Positions 18,982 through 27,201 are shown, counted from the first letter of the stretch. The stretch is 64,000 nucleotides of DNA from an uncultured Opitutaceae bacterium (GCA_964525935.1 CAZGJZ010000007.1:43336-107335); one strand, 5' to 3'. Notes: generated by a model not told the origin, from the sequence alone. Translations and numbers: made by a program.

Positions 18982-20925
18982 TTATTGCCCAGTTGCCAAT
19001 TGCTGGCGCAAAACCTGCGCCTGCCGGTTGGCAGGGTCAAGACGCAAGCAGATCGCCACGGCCGCCCGCGCCTGCAATCGTGTGACCGGATTCAGGCTGA
19101 GGTGATAGGCTTGGTAATACCACACGGTCGCTTGGGCTGGAGCGAGTTGCATCGCGTGCACGAGGTTGTCGCCCGCTTCCAGCCAGCGGCTTTGCATGTC
19201 CAGCGCCACGGTCCGGCGAAGCCAGAATTCCGCCACCGAGCCCGACAACGCCAGCGCCCGGTCCGCATAGGCTTCCGCCGCGCGGCCCCTGTCATTCGTG
19301 CGGCTGGGATCGACATGGGCCTCAAGCGCCGTGGCATACGCCAAGTCGGCCCAAGCCTGTGCGTTGCCCGGATCAATCGCCACGGCCTGTGCAAGTGCCG
19401 TCTTCGCAGGCGTGAGCACCGTTGGATAGGCGTCCGCCTCGAGGCGTTCAAGTCGGTCGAGTGACTGCCGCGCCGAGTAACGCAGTGCCTCTGCCCGGTA
19501 ATGCGGACCGACCGCAGCAAGCCACAGTGCGATCACTGCGAGCGCGACCAGTGCGCAGGCCAAGCGGACCGCGGGCAAAGTCCGCTTCTCTCCCGTGGAC
19601 GCTGCAAGCGGCCACGACCGCTGCACGAGCATGCCGGCGACTATCGCCAGCGCCATCGCCAGCGCCGGAATCTTGAAATGAAAATCAACGAATAGCTGCA
19701 GCCCAAACGCCAGCACGCCCAGCACCATCGCCCGTCGCAACCGCACGTCGTCGAGCCAGCCCGGCGGCGCGGCGGCATCTGCCACCCGGGCGCCGGCGGC
19801 TTCACGCGCGCGCCGCACGCTGACGCCGACCACCAGAGCACACGCACCGAAAAACAACCCGAACCCAACCGCCCCATAGTCGCTCAGCGTGTTCAGGTAG
19901 TCGTTGTGCGCCCATTGCGAATCGAGCTGGTAGTGCTCAGGCCGGTATTTTTCGAAGCTGACATTGTAGCTGCCCGCACCGCTGCCGGCGACCGGGCTCT
20001 CCAAAAACAACCGCCAAGCGCCGCGCCACATGATCGGCCGGGTTTTTTCGCCGGCATCCTGCACCAACGCATCGAATCGCGCCCGCATGTTCGGCAGCGT
20101 CAGATAAATCACCACGCCCACCGCCAGCGCCGTCAGCCCCACGAGCGCCGTTCGTCCCAGCCGCCGGCTCCAACTACGCCGCCCGGCCAGCAGCGGCCAC
20201 GCCACTGCTGCGAGCGCGAGCCCGATCCAGGCTCCCCGGCTCGCCGTAAAGATGAGCCCCGTCGCAAACACCATCGCGAGATAACCGGCCAGCACACGCT
20301 GCACCGCCGTCGCATTGCGGCTGAGTGTAAATGCCACCGTTGGCGGCAACAGCAGCAGCAATAGCGCAGCCAGGCTGTTGGGAATCCCAAACGGCCCGCT
20401 CGCCCGGCCAATGAACTGGTCTGCCTGCCTGCGCCCGAGCATCAGCCAATCGGGTCGCACAAAAAACTGATACGCCGCCAGCGCGACCGCGATAAACCCC
20501 GCCAACACCAGCGCACCCAACAAGAGCCGCCGCGCCGCCGCCGCGCGCACGCCATTGAGCACAACCCAAAAAACCGCCGTCATCTGCGCCCACCACAGCC
20601 AATCGTGCCAGCCGAGCCAGCGCACTGGCGTCACCCACACGACATTCGCCGCCGCGTAGACGAGGAACGGCAGAAAAATCCATCCTGCCGGATGCGCCCG
20701 CGACGTCCCGTCAGGAAAAATCGCCCGTGTCAGCAAATGCAGCGCGAGCACCGCCCCCGTGAGTGCGCTCGTGATCACCATCGTCTCCGGCCGGTAACCG
20801 CCCAGACATAGTGTGGTCCAGAACAGGTTCACTGCGAGCAGCCCCGCTTGGGCCATTTCCATGCGTGCAGGCCAGGGATTTAATGTGGGGCGCTCCGCCA
20901 TTGAGACTGCCAAGGCAAAGCGCAA
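18982..20925 (-). CDS. O-antigen ligase/polymerase-like (Wzy_C) polytopic membrane protein with C-terminal TPR repeats
   Basis: 647 aa. About 10-12 hydrophobic segments, then soluble TPR-like repeats (AQAWADLAYATALEAH..., EFWLRRTVALDMQSRWLEAGDNLVHAMQLAP). The true start may be an internal Met. Confidence 0.65.
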   Translation of the reverse strand: MRFALAVSMAERPTLNPWPARMEMAQAGLLAVNLFWTTLCLGGYRPETMVITSALTGAVLALHLLTRAIFPDGTSRAHPAGWIFLPFLVYAAANVVWVTPVRWLGWHDWLWWAQMTAVFWVVLNGVRAAAARRLLLGALVLAGFIAVALAAYQFFVRPDWLMLGRRQADQFIGRASGPFGIPNSLAALLLLLLPPTVAFTLSRNATAVQRVLAGYLAMVFATGLIFTASRGAWIGLALAAVAWPLLAGRRSWSRRLGRTALVGLTALAVGVVIYLTLPNMRARFDALVQDAGEKTRPIMWRGAWRLFLESPVAGSGAGSYNVSFEKYRPEHYQLDSQWAHNDYLNTLSDYGAVGFGLFFGACALVVGVSVRRAREAAGARVADAAAPPGWLDDVRLRRAMVLGVLAFGLQLFVDFHFKIPALAMALAIVAGMLVQRSWPLAASTGEKRTLPAVRLACALVALAVIALWLAAVGPHYRAEALRYSARQSLDRLERLEADAYPTVLTPAKTALAQAVAIDPGNAQAWADLAYATALEAHVDPSRTNDRGRAAEAYADRALALSGSVAEFWLRRTVALDMQSRWLEAGDNLVHAMQLAPAQATVWYYQAYHLSLNPVTRLQARAAVAICLRLDPANRQAQVLRQQLATGQ

Positions 20926-20984
20926 AGCCCTTCCCGCGCGACAACAAAGCCGTCGCGCCTGTAAGGCGGGACCCCGTCCTGCAA

Positions 20985-21022
20985 CAAAACAAAAAAGGCG
21001 CCATCCTTACGGACGGCGCCTT
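20985..21022 (-). terminator. intrinsic terminator after glnII
   Basis: Minus strand: aaggcgcc-gtccgtaaggat-ggcgcctt followed by ttttttgttttg. Confidence 0.75.
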
Positions 21023-21052
21023 GTCGCAAAACTGATAACCCAACGCAGCGGC

Positions 21053-22087
21053 TTACTTTTCGCTCACGGACTGGATCGTCTTGATGATCCGGCCGGCAAC
21101 CAGATACGGGTCGGCAGCGGAGTTCGGACGGCGATCCTCGAGGTAGCCCTTGTATTCGGCATTGATGAAGCTGTGCGGGACGCGGACCGACGCGCCACGA
21201 TCGGCGACGCCGTAGGTGAACTTGTCGATCGACTGCGTCTCGTGCAGGCCGGTGAGGCGGAGGTGGTTCTCGGGACCGTAAACGGCGATGTGCTCGTCGA
21301 GGTTCTTGGCGAAGGCCGCCATGAGTTTCTCGAAGTATTTCTTGCCGCCGGTCTCGCGCATGAACTTCGTCGAGAAGTTCGCGTGCATGCCGGAGCCGTT
21401 CCAATCGAGCGGCTGCTGGAAGGGAGCGAGGATGGGTTTGCAGCGCCACTCGATGTCGATCTCGTAGCTCTCGCACAGGCGGGTGAGGATATAGCGGGCG
21501 ACCCACATCTGGTCGGCGGCGCTCTTCGAACCCTTGCCGAAGATCTGGAACTCCCACTGGCCCTTGGCGACCTCGGCGTTGATACCCTCGAGGTTGATGC
21601 CGGCATCAAGACAGATATCGATGTGCTTCTCGACGATTTCGCGGGCCACCGAACCGACGTTCTTGTAGCCGACGCCCGTGTAATAAGGACCCTGCGGGGA
21701 CGGATAGCCGCCCTTCGGGAAGCCGAGGGGAGAGCCGTCCTTGAAGAAGAAATATTCCTGCTCAAAGCCGAACCAGGTGTCGGCATCGTCCGGGATCGTC
21801 GCGCGGGAGTTGGAGGGATGCGGCGTTTTTCCGTCCGGCATCATCACTTCGCACATGACCAGCACGCCGTTCTTGCGCGTGACATCCGGGTAAACGGCCA
21901 CCGGCTTCAACACGCAATCGGAGCTCTTGCCCTCGGCCTGCTGCGTCGAGCTGCCGTCAAAGCCCCAATTGGGCAGTTGGGCGAGCTTGGGAAAGCTGGC
22001 GAATTCCTTGATTTGCGTTTTGCTGCGCAAGCTGGCGACGGGCTGGTAGCCGTCGAGCCAGATGTATTCCAGTTTGTATTTGGCCAT
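21053..22087 (-). CDS. glnII: glutamine synthetase, type II (eukaryote-like)
   Basis: 344 aa. MAKYKLEYIWLDG start, WGFDGSSTQQAEG and NGSGMHANFS motifs. Length is typical of GSII rather than GSI. Confidence 0.9.
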   Translation of the reverse strand: MAKYKLEYIWLDGYQPVASLRSKTQIKEFASFPKLAQLPNWGFDGSSTQQAEGKSSDCVLKPVAVYPDVTRKNGVLVMCEVMMPDGKTPHPSNSRATIPDDADTWFGFEQEYFFFKDGSPLGFPKGGYPSPQGPYYTGVGYKNVGSVAREIVEKHIDICLDAGINLEGINAEVAKGQWEFQIFGKGSKSAADQMWVARYILTRLCESYEIDIEWRCKPILAPFQQPLDWNGSGMHANFSTKFMRETGGKKYFEKLMAAFAKNLDEHIAVYGPENHLRLTGLHETQSIDKFTYGVADRGASVRVPHSFINAEYKGYLEDRRPNSAADPYLVAGRIIKTIQSVSEK

Positions 22088-22305
22088 ATGCGATTAGGTT
22101 GATGGAGGGTTTTGCGGTAAGCGCACGGAGCGAATGCCCGGTGCTTCTTAATGCGCCCACAAAATAGCACCTTACATGCCAGCGAAAGCAGTAATTCCAT
22201 TCATGACAGTTTTTACGCGCATTAAATCGGAAACATTTGATTATGATGGATAAAGCCAGCCAAATTTCCGCGTAATCCACCCGTCGTCAGCCCGCCTTTC
22301 CACCC

Positions 22306-22716
22306 ATGCATGAAGTCAAAGACACCGCCCGCGCCCTTGTGCGCATCGGCTACGACGGCCGCGTGCACAAGACCTTCCGCGGCCACTTGGCCAGGGAACG
22401 CTTCGAAAACGAAATCCGCATCCTCCGTCACCTTGAGGCCAAGGGCTGTAATTTCGTGCCGCGCCTCGTGGAGTCCGACCCTGCGACGCTACAGATGGTC
22501 ACCACGAGCTGCGGTTCGCGCGTGGACCATCTCAACGAGGACAAGATGAAGGAGATCTTCGCCGAGCTCGAACAATACGGCGTGCGCCACGACGACCCCT
22601 TCATGCGCAATGTCACCTATCGTATCAGCGACGGCCGCTTTTGCGTGATCGATTTTGAGTTCGCCACCCTGCTCGGCGGCCCCACCCCGCCGAAGCCACC
22701 CGCCAATGGCCCCTGA
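22306..22716 (+). CDS. minimal protein-kinase-fold protein (136 aa)
   Basis: All core kinase elements are recognisable in 136 aa: beta3 Lys (RVHKTF), helix-C Glu (FENEIRILRHL), HxDxxxxN (RHDDPFMRN) and a DFG-like IDFE. The C-lobe helices are absent. Confidence 0.55.
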   Translation: MHEVKDTARALVRIGYDGRVHKTFRGHLARERFENEIRILRHLEAKGCNFVPRLVESDPATLQMVTTSCGSRVDHLNEDKMKEIFAELEQYGVRHDDPFMRNVTYRISDGRFCVIDFEFATLLGGPTPPKPPANGP

Positions 22717-23563
22717 AAATCCCCCGCCTCCACCCCCGCCGGTCAAGCTCCGCTGGTCGGGCATGACCCACGTCGGCAAAGTGCGCACCAACAACGAGGA
22801 CGCCTTCCTCGCCGTGGCCTACGATGGCCGCGACCTCCGTTTTCTCGGCAAGACGGGCGACGCCTCGCCGCAGAATACCGACTTTGTCTTCGCCGTGAGT
22901 GACGGCATGGGCGGCGCCAACTCCGGCGAATTCGCCAGCCGCATCGCCGTCGATCACATCACGAAGCTGATGCCGAAAATCTTCCGCCTCTCCGCGATGG
23001 GCCTCGCGAGTGGTTTCTCCGACGTGCTGCAGGAACTCTTCAGCGACATCCACCAAGTCATGCTCAGCCACGGCCGCAGTTACGAGGAGTGCGCCGGCAT
23101 GGGCGCCACGCTCAGCCTCTGCTGGTTCACGCCCGGCTGGATGTATTTCGGCCACCTCGGCGACAGCCGCATCTATTACCTGCCCAAGGACGGCGGCCTC
23201 ACGCAACTGACCCACGACCACTCGCACGTCGGCTGGCTCCGGCGCAAAGGCAAGATCAACGAACGCGAAGCCCGCGCCCATCCCAGTCGCAACGCCCTCA
23301 ACCAGGCGCTCGGCGCCGGCCACCAGTTCATCGACCCGCATATCGGCGCCGTCGGCTATCAACCCGGCGACCGTTTTCTCATTTGCTCCGACGGCCTCAT
23401 CGACGGTCTCTGGGACCGCGCCCTCAACGATCTCCTGCGCGAACCCGACGAAACCCTCGCGGCCAAAAATCCCGCGCAACGCCTCGTCGAAGCCGCGCTC
23501 GAAGCCTCCGGTCGTGACAACATCACCGCCATCGTGATCGAGACGGAGCCCGCCGTCGGCTGA
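22706..23563 (+). CDS. PP2C-family Ser/Thr protein phosphatase
   Basis: ORF-track 22655..23563. ATG 22706 overlaps the upstream stop by 11 nt. Motifs: HVGKVRTNNEDAF, FAVSDGMGG, GDSRIY, CSDGL, DNITAIV. Confidence 0.85.
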   Translation: MAPENPPPPPPPVKLRWSGMTHVGKVRTNNEDAFLAVAYDGRDLRFLGKTGDASPQNTDFVFAVSDGMGGANSGEFASRIAVDHITKLMPKIFRLSAMGLASGFSDVLQELFSDIHQVMLSHGRSYEECAGMGATLSLCWFTPGWMYFGHLGDSRIYYLPKDGGLTQLTHDHSHVGWLRRKGKINEREARAHPSRNALNQALGAGHQFIDPHIGAVGYQPGDRFLICSDGLIDGLWDRALNDLLREPDETLAAKNPAQRLVEAALEASGRDNITAIVIETEPAVG

Positions 23564-23598
23564 CCCGCTGGCACGCCGGCCGCACTTCGCCTGCCGTC

Positions 23599-23955
23599 AT
23601 GAAACTCTTTATCTACGGCACCTTGAAACGCGGCGGCAGCAACCACGCCTACCTCGCCGGCCAGAAATTCCTCGGCCCCGCCCGCACCGCGCCGGGCTAC
23701 ACGCTCTACTCGCTCGGCGATTACCCCGGCATGGTCGCACACGCCACCGACCGCGACGGCGTCCAAGGCGAAGTCTGGTCCGTCGATGCGCATTGCCTCG
23801 CCCAGCTCGATGAACTCGAGGGTCTCGTCGAAGGCCTCTACCGCCGCGAACCCGTCCCGCTTCAGCCGCCCTTCGCCCAAGCAGAAGCGCAAACCTACCT
23901 CTACGCCCGCAGTCTCACCGGCCAAACTCGCCTCGGCACAAACTGGCCGGTGTAG
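23599..23955 (+). CDS. gamma-glutamylcyclotransferase (AIG2/GGCT-like) family protein
   Basis: 118 aa. MKLFIYGTLKRGGSNH start and a GDYPGMV motif. Confidence 0.75.
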   Translation: MKLFIYGTLKRGGSNHAYLAGQKFLGPARTAPGYTLYSLGDYPGMVAHATDRDGVQGEVWSVDAHCLAQLDELEGLVEGLYRREPVPLQPPFAQAEAQTYLYARSLTGQTRLGTNWPV

Positions 23956-23959
23956 GAGT

Positions 23960-24412
23960 TCACCCGCGCGCCTTCAGTGCTTTCTTCGGCACGCGTTGCA
24001 CTTTCACAAATTTTGCGCGGAAGAGATCATCCAGCGTCTCGCGCACGCCGGGCGTGAGGCGTTTCACGAGCTCATCTAGCGACGGCAACGGAGCGCTGGC
24101 GTCGGGCGTTTCCTCCGTGGCCGTGGCTTCAGCAGCGGCCGGCGCCGGCACTTCGCCACGTGCCTTCGCCTCGCTCAGAAACGCCGTCTCCGCCGCCTCG
24201 TCCGGCCACAGGGGCGGCATATCGTCCTGCAATGGCACCGCATCTGACGCAGCGGCCATCTCATCGGCGCCGGTTTCGGCGTCCGCAGCATTGCTTTTGG
24301 CATTTCCGCCCGCGGCAGCTGGCGCTCTGGCGGCCTGCGCCCGAGGCTCCACACTGATCTGCGGCAGCGCGACCTGTAGCCGCGCTTCCAACCGGTCAAT
24401 CAGGCCTTTTTT
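23960..24412 (-). CDS. dnaX: -1 frame C-terminal extension of DnaX (putative tau-specific region, 148 aa after the shift)
   Basis: The -1 frame is open from the slippery heptamer (..[15 protein letters not shown]..) to the stop at 23960. It has no ATG or recognisable RBS of its own; the ORF-track M at 24391 is a TTG. An Ala/Pro/Glu-rich linker is followed by a conserved-looking tail, [27 protein letters not shown]. Confidence 0.6.
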   Translation of the reverse strand, partial: KKGLIDRLEARLQVALPQISVEPRAQAARAPAAAGGNAKSNAADAETGADEMAAASDAVPLQDDMPPLWPDEAAETAFLSEAKARGEVPAPAAAEATATEETPDASAPLPSLDELVKRLTPGVRETLDDLFRAKFVKVQRVPKKALKARG

Positions 24413-25551
24413 TTTTCGCTGTCGCCGCCGGCGGGGGCTTCGTCAGCGAGCGCGGTCAGTTCGCGGATGAGGCTGTCGATCGCGCGGGCGCGGCTGGCTT
24501 CGACGGCCTTGAGCAGCGTCACTTCAAAATTGATCTTCTCGGAAAGACCGAGCTTCACGCTGCCTTCGCCTTCGCGCAGGCCGTCGAGCAAGCGCGTGAG
24601 TTGCTCCGTCGTCAGCGCCACGCCGCCGAGCGTGTCGCTGCGGCCGCCCTTGGCGATGGCATCGAGCAACGCGAGGCGGACGAGTGCCTGCAAATCCGAT
24701 AGCAGGCGCACGAGGTCGCGGCCGTTGGCATCGCACTCATCGACAATGGCGACGATCTTTTGGTGATCGCCCGTGCCAAGCGCGGCACCGAGCGCGGCGA
24801 TTTTCTCCTCCGACACAAGACCGTAGACGTCGAGCACGTCAGGCTCGGCGATGTCGGTGCCGCAGAAGGAAATCATCTGATCGAGGATCGACTGCGCATC
24901 ACGCATGCCGCCGTCGGCCATGCGCGCGATGCACGCGAGCGCGGCGTCGGAAATTTTGACCTTCTCGGCCTTGGCGATCTTGCCGAGGTGCGCAGCGATG
25001 AGTGTCGGGGAAATCGGCTTGAGGTCGAAGCGCTGGCAGCGCGATACGATCGTCGGCAGCACTTTCTGCGGATCGGTGGTCGCAAAGACGAACTTCACGT
25101 GCGCCGGCGGCTCCTCGAGCGTCTTGAGCAGCGCGTTGAACGCCGCGGGCGAAAGCATGTGCACTTCGTCGATGATGTAGACCTTGTATTGGCCCTGTGC
25201 CGGCGCGTATTGCACGGTGTCACGCAGGTCGCGCACCTGGTCCACGCCGTTGTTCGAGGCACCGTCGATCTCGATCACGTCGAGGTGCGAGCCCTCCGCA
25301 ATGGAAACGCACGCCGGATCCTTCACGTCGAAATCGGCCTTGGGCCCGCCGGTGCAGTTCAGCGCCTTGGCGAAGAGGCGGGCGAGCGAGGTTTTACCCG
25401 TGCCGCGCGGTCCGACGAAAAGATAGGCGTGTGCGATGCGGCCGCGGGTGATCGCGTTTTTCAGGGTGCGCACCACGTGATCCTGCCCTACGACATCATC
25501 GAAGGTCTGCGAACGCCACTTGCGGGCGATGACTTGGTAGGTGGAGGACAA
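24400..25551 (-). CDS. dnaX: DNA polymerase III subunit gamma/tau, zero-frame product (383 aa, gamma-like)
   Basis: ORF-track 24400..25800. A TTG at 25551 gives [26 protein letters not shown], which aligns with canonical DnaX N-termini. Walker [10 protein letters not shown]; Zn module CTGG...C; DEVHML; SRC motif (IVSRCQRF). The frame ends ..SEKKKA-stop right after the A10 run. Confidence 0.9.
   Translation of the reverse strand: MSSTYQVIARKWRSQTFDDVVGQDHVVRTLKNAITRGRIAHAYLFVGPRGTGKTSLARLFAKALNCTGGPKADFDVKDPACVSIAEGSHLDVIEIDGASNNGVDQVRDLRDTVQYAPAQGQYKVYIIDEVHMLSPAAFNALLKTLEEPPAHVKFVFATTDPQKVLPTIVSRCQRFDLKPISPTLIAAHLGKIAKAEKVKISDAALACIARMADGGMRDAQSILDQMISFCGTDIAEPDVLDVYGLVSEEKIAALGAALGTGDHQKIVAIVDECDANGRDLVRLLSDLQALVRLALLDAIAKGGRSDTLGGVALTTEQLTRLLDGLREGEGSVKLGLSEKINFEVTLLKAVEASRARAIDSLIRELTALADEAPAGGDSEKKKA
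24406..24416 (-). promoter_or_regulatory. A10 run containing the A-AAA-AAG slippery heptamer (candidate -1 ribosomal frameshift / transcriptional slippage site)
   Basis: Minus strand reads agc gaa aaa aaa aag gcc tga. Heptamer A AAA AAG = 24412..24406. A GC hairpin agcgcg-N9-cgcgct lies about 17 nt downstream. Confidence 0.6.
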
Positions 25552-25559
25552 GGGTGAAC

Positions 25560-25632
25560 GTTGAAAGGTGAAAGTTGAAAGACAGCCAGCGCGAAGTTTC
25601 GATCTTTCAACTTTCAACCACCGGCTTTCAAC
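25560..25632. repeat. word-built palindromic element (GTTGAAAG words) in the dnaX 5' leader
   Basis: Left arm gttgaaaggtgaaagttgaaaga; right arm tctttcaactttcaaccaccggctttcaac. Ends 9 nt from the dnaX TTG. Confidence 0.65.
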
Positions 25633-25634
25633 CG

Positions 25635-25675
25635 CCACTTTGTTTTGCCGCGCGGTGCGCGGCAAAACAAAGTGG
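25635..25675. other. perfect 19-bp hairpin between SRP RNA and dnaX
   Basis: ccactttgttttgccgcgc-ggt-gcgcggcaaaacaaagtgg. No U-tract follows on either strand. Confidence 0.7.
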
Positions 25676-25769
25676 CCAGGCACTCCACGGCACTGGGAGA
25701 ACGTCGTTGCCGTTGCTACCTTCCGGTCCTGGCGGAGTTCACGCGCCTGCCCATGCATGGCACCTGGCC
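25674..25769 (-). ncRNA. ffs: signal recognition particle RNA (small/4.5S type); ends approximate
   Basis: Minus strand contains GUGAACUCCGCCAGGACCGGAAGGUAGCAACGGCAACGACG. This matches the conserved helix-8 core (CAGGxCC-GGAA-GGxAGCA) with compensatory changes relative to E. coli 4.5S. Closing helix GGCCAGG/CCUGGCC. The ffs-dnaX gene order is conserved in many bacteria. Confidence 0.7.
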
Positions 25770-25836
25770 GAGGCGAACGGTAGGTCGCCCGGCACCGCAT
25801 TCAACTGCAAAGTGCGAATTTATCCGCGATACCGGC

Positions 25837-26301
25837 TCAAGGCCGCTCCGGCGGTGCCGGCGACTGATCCTCGCGCGACGGCCCGGGCGGACGATCGCCC
25901 ATGCGGCGCTGACGATCCTTGGTCCAACGTTCGCGCATCTCGCGCTTCATCGATTCAAGTTTGGCTTTTTGCTCCGGCGTGAGCAGCGCGGATACTTCGT
26001 CATGCATGCGGTCGGCCACGGCCATGGACTCGCGCATGCCACTCTGCCGCAGGCGGCGCATCTCCTCTTCGGTCTGCTTGAGGATCGGACGGATTTTTTC
26101 CTTCTGCTCGGGCGTCAGCTCAAGTTTTTCAGCCAGCCGCTTGAACATCTGCGGCGAAAATTGCTCCAGCGGCACCGGTCCGCGCGGCTTGGCGCTCTCA
26201 AAAAAATGCCGGGCCACCCGCAGCGAGAGAAATCCGCCGAACACCGCGCCCGCCAGAAACACGCCGAGGAAGGCGAGAATGACTTTCCAAGGTTTGTTCA
26301 T
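25837..26301 (-). CDS. periplasmic LTXXQ-motif (Spy/CpxP-like) protein
   Basis: ORF-track 25837..26337. ATG 26301 gives MNKPWKVILAFLGVFLAGAVFG (TM/signal). Two LTPEQK motifs. Confidence 0.6.
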   Translation of the reverse strand: MNKPWKVILAFLGVFLAGAVFGGFLSLRVARHFFESAKPRGPVPLEQFSPQMFKRLAEKLELTPEQKEKIRPILKQTEEEMRRLRQSGMRESMAVADRMHDEVSALLTPEQKAKLESMKREMRERWTKDRQRRMGDRPPGPSREDQSPAPPERP

Positions 26302-26302
26302 G

Positions 26303-26611
26303 TTAGGAAACGTCGAGCAGGACCGACGCCGGGTCATCCGTCATGAAAAAGCCGTCTTCCGACGGCGCCGTGAGATCGGCGATGCGGGAGTAATTGGCGG
26401 CGACCCCGACCATCGCGAGGAGACAGGCAACGCCGAGGGCACGGAGCGAGAAGCGTTCCAGCAGTGAGGCCACCATCGGACGCTGCGCCGCGAAGGCTTG
26501 CGCGGCCACCCGCGTCGCGAAGCCATAGGGCGCCGCTGCGTCGCGCTCATCGACCGGGCGCCGGGCTGCGGCGGCGAGGCGCCGCCATTGTTTGTCAGAG
26601 GGGTTGGTCAT
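26303..26611 (-). CDS. putative anti-sigma factor (single-pass membrane protein)
   Basis: 102 aa, one TM segment (ALGVACLLAMVGVAA). ATGA overlap with the sigma gene; sits 1 nt upstream of the LTXXQ gene. Confidence 0.5.
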   Translation of the reverse strand: MTNPSDKQWRRLAAAARRPVDERDAAAPYGFATRVAAQAFAAQRPMVASLLERFSLRALGVACLLAMVGVAANYSRIADLTAPSEDGFFMTDDPASVLLDVS

Positions 26612-27201
26612 GTTGAGCGTTCCTTTCGTTGTAACTCGGCAAATAGTTTCTGCAACTTCCGTCGCGCGCGGAAGGCGCGCACCTTCACCAGCGATTGGTT
26701 CCAGCCGGTCAGCGCACTGATCTCGATGATGGTCTTCTGCTCCAGATCGAGCAGGCGGATCACCAGCTGGTCCTCGGGTTTGAGCTGGCCGAGGAGCTTG
26801 TTGACGAGCTCGCGCGCCTCGAGGGCGTCATCCGGAGCCACGTCACCATCGTTTGTGAGCACGTTGTCCAACACGTCGGCTTCCTTTTCGGAGAGATCCG
26901 CCCAGCGGAATTCCGGCCGGCGTTTCTGCGCCCGCAGTTGGTCGATGCAGGTGGTCACGGCGATGCGCGACACCCAATGGGTGAACGGCACGGCGCCCTG
27001 AAACTGGTCGATGCGGGTGAACATTTTCAGAAAAATATCCTGCGCCAGGTCCTCTTCCGCCACGCGCCGCGGCAGATGCGATCGCACAATGCGAATAACC
27101 AGCGGATAAAGATGGTCCACGAGCTCACGCGCCGCCGCCTGATCGCGCTGGCGAACCCGCGCAAGGCAGCCGGGCAGATCGAACGACTCGTCGTCAGGCA
27201 T
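26608..27201 (-). CDS. ECF-type RNA polymerase sigma factor
   Basis: 197 aa. Region 2 (EDLAQDIFLKMFTRIDQF, FTHWVSRIAVTTCIDQLR) and region 4 (LLDLEQKTIIEISALTGWNQSLVKVRAFRARRKL). Confidence 0.85.
   Translation of the reverse strand: MPDDESFDLPGCLARVRQRDQAAARELVDHLYPLVIRIVRSHLPRRVAEEDLAQDIFLKMFTRIDQFQGAVPFTHWVSRIAVTTCIDQLRAQKRRPEFRWADLSEKEADVLDNVLTNDGDVAPDDALEARELVNKLLGQLKPEDQLVIRLLDLEQKTIIEISALTGWNQSLVKVRAFRARRKLQKLFAELQRKERST

Noticed and set aside
22165-22179. Sigma-54-like spacing TAGCAC-N5-ATGC upstream of the mini-kinase gene.
   Set aside because: The invariant GG of the -24 element is AG and the -12 GC context is poor. Probably a chance match in AT-rich DNA.
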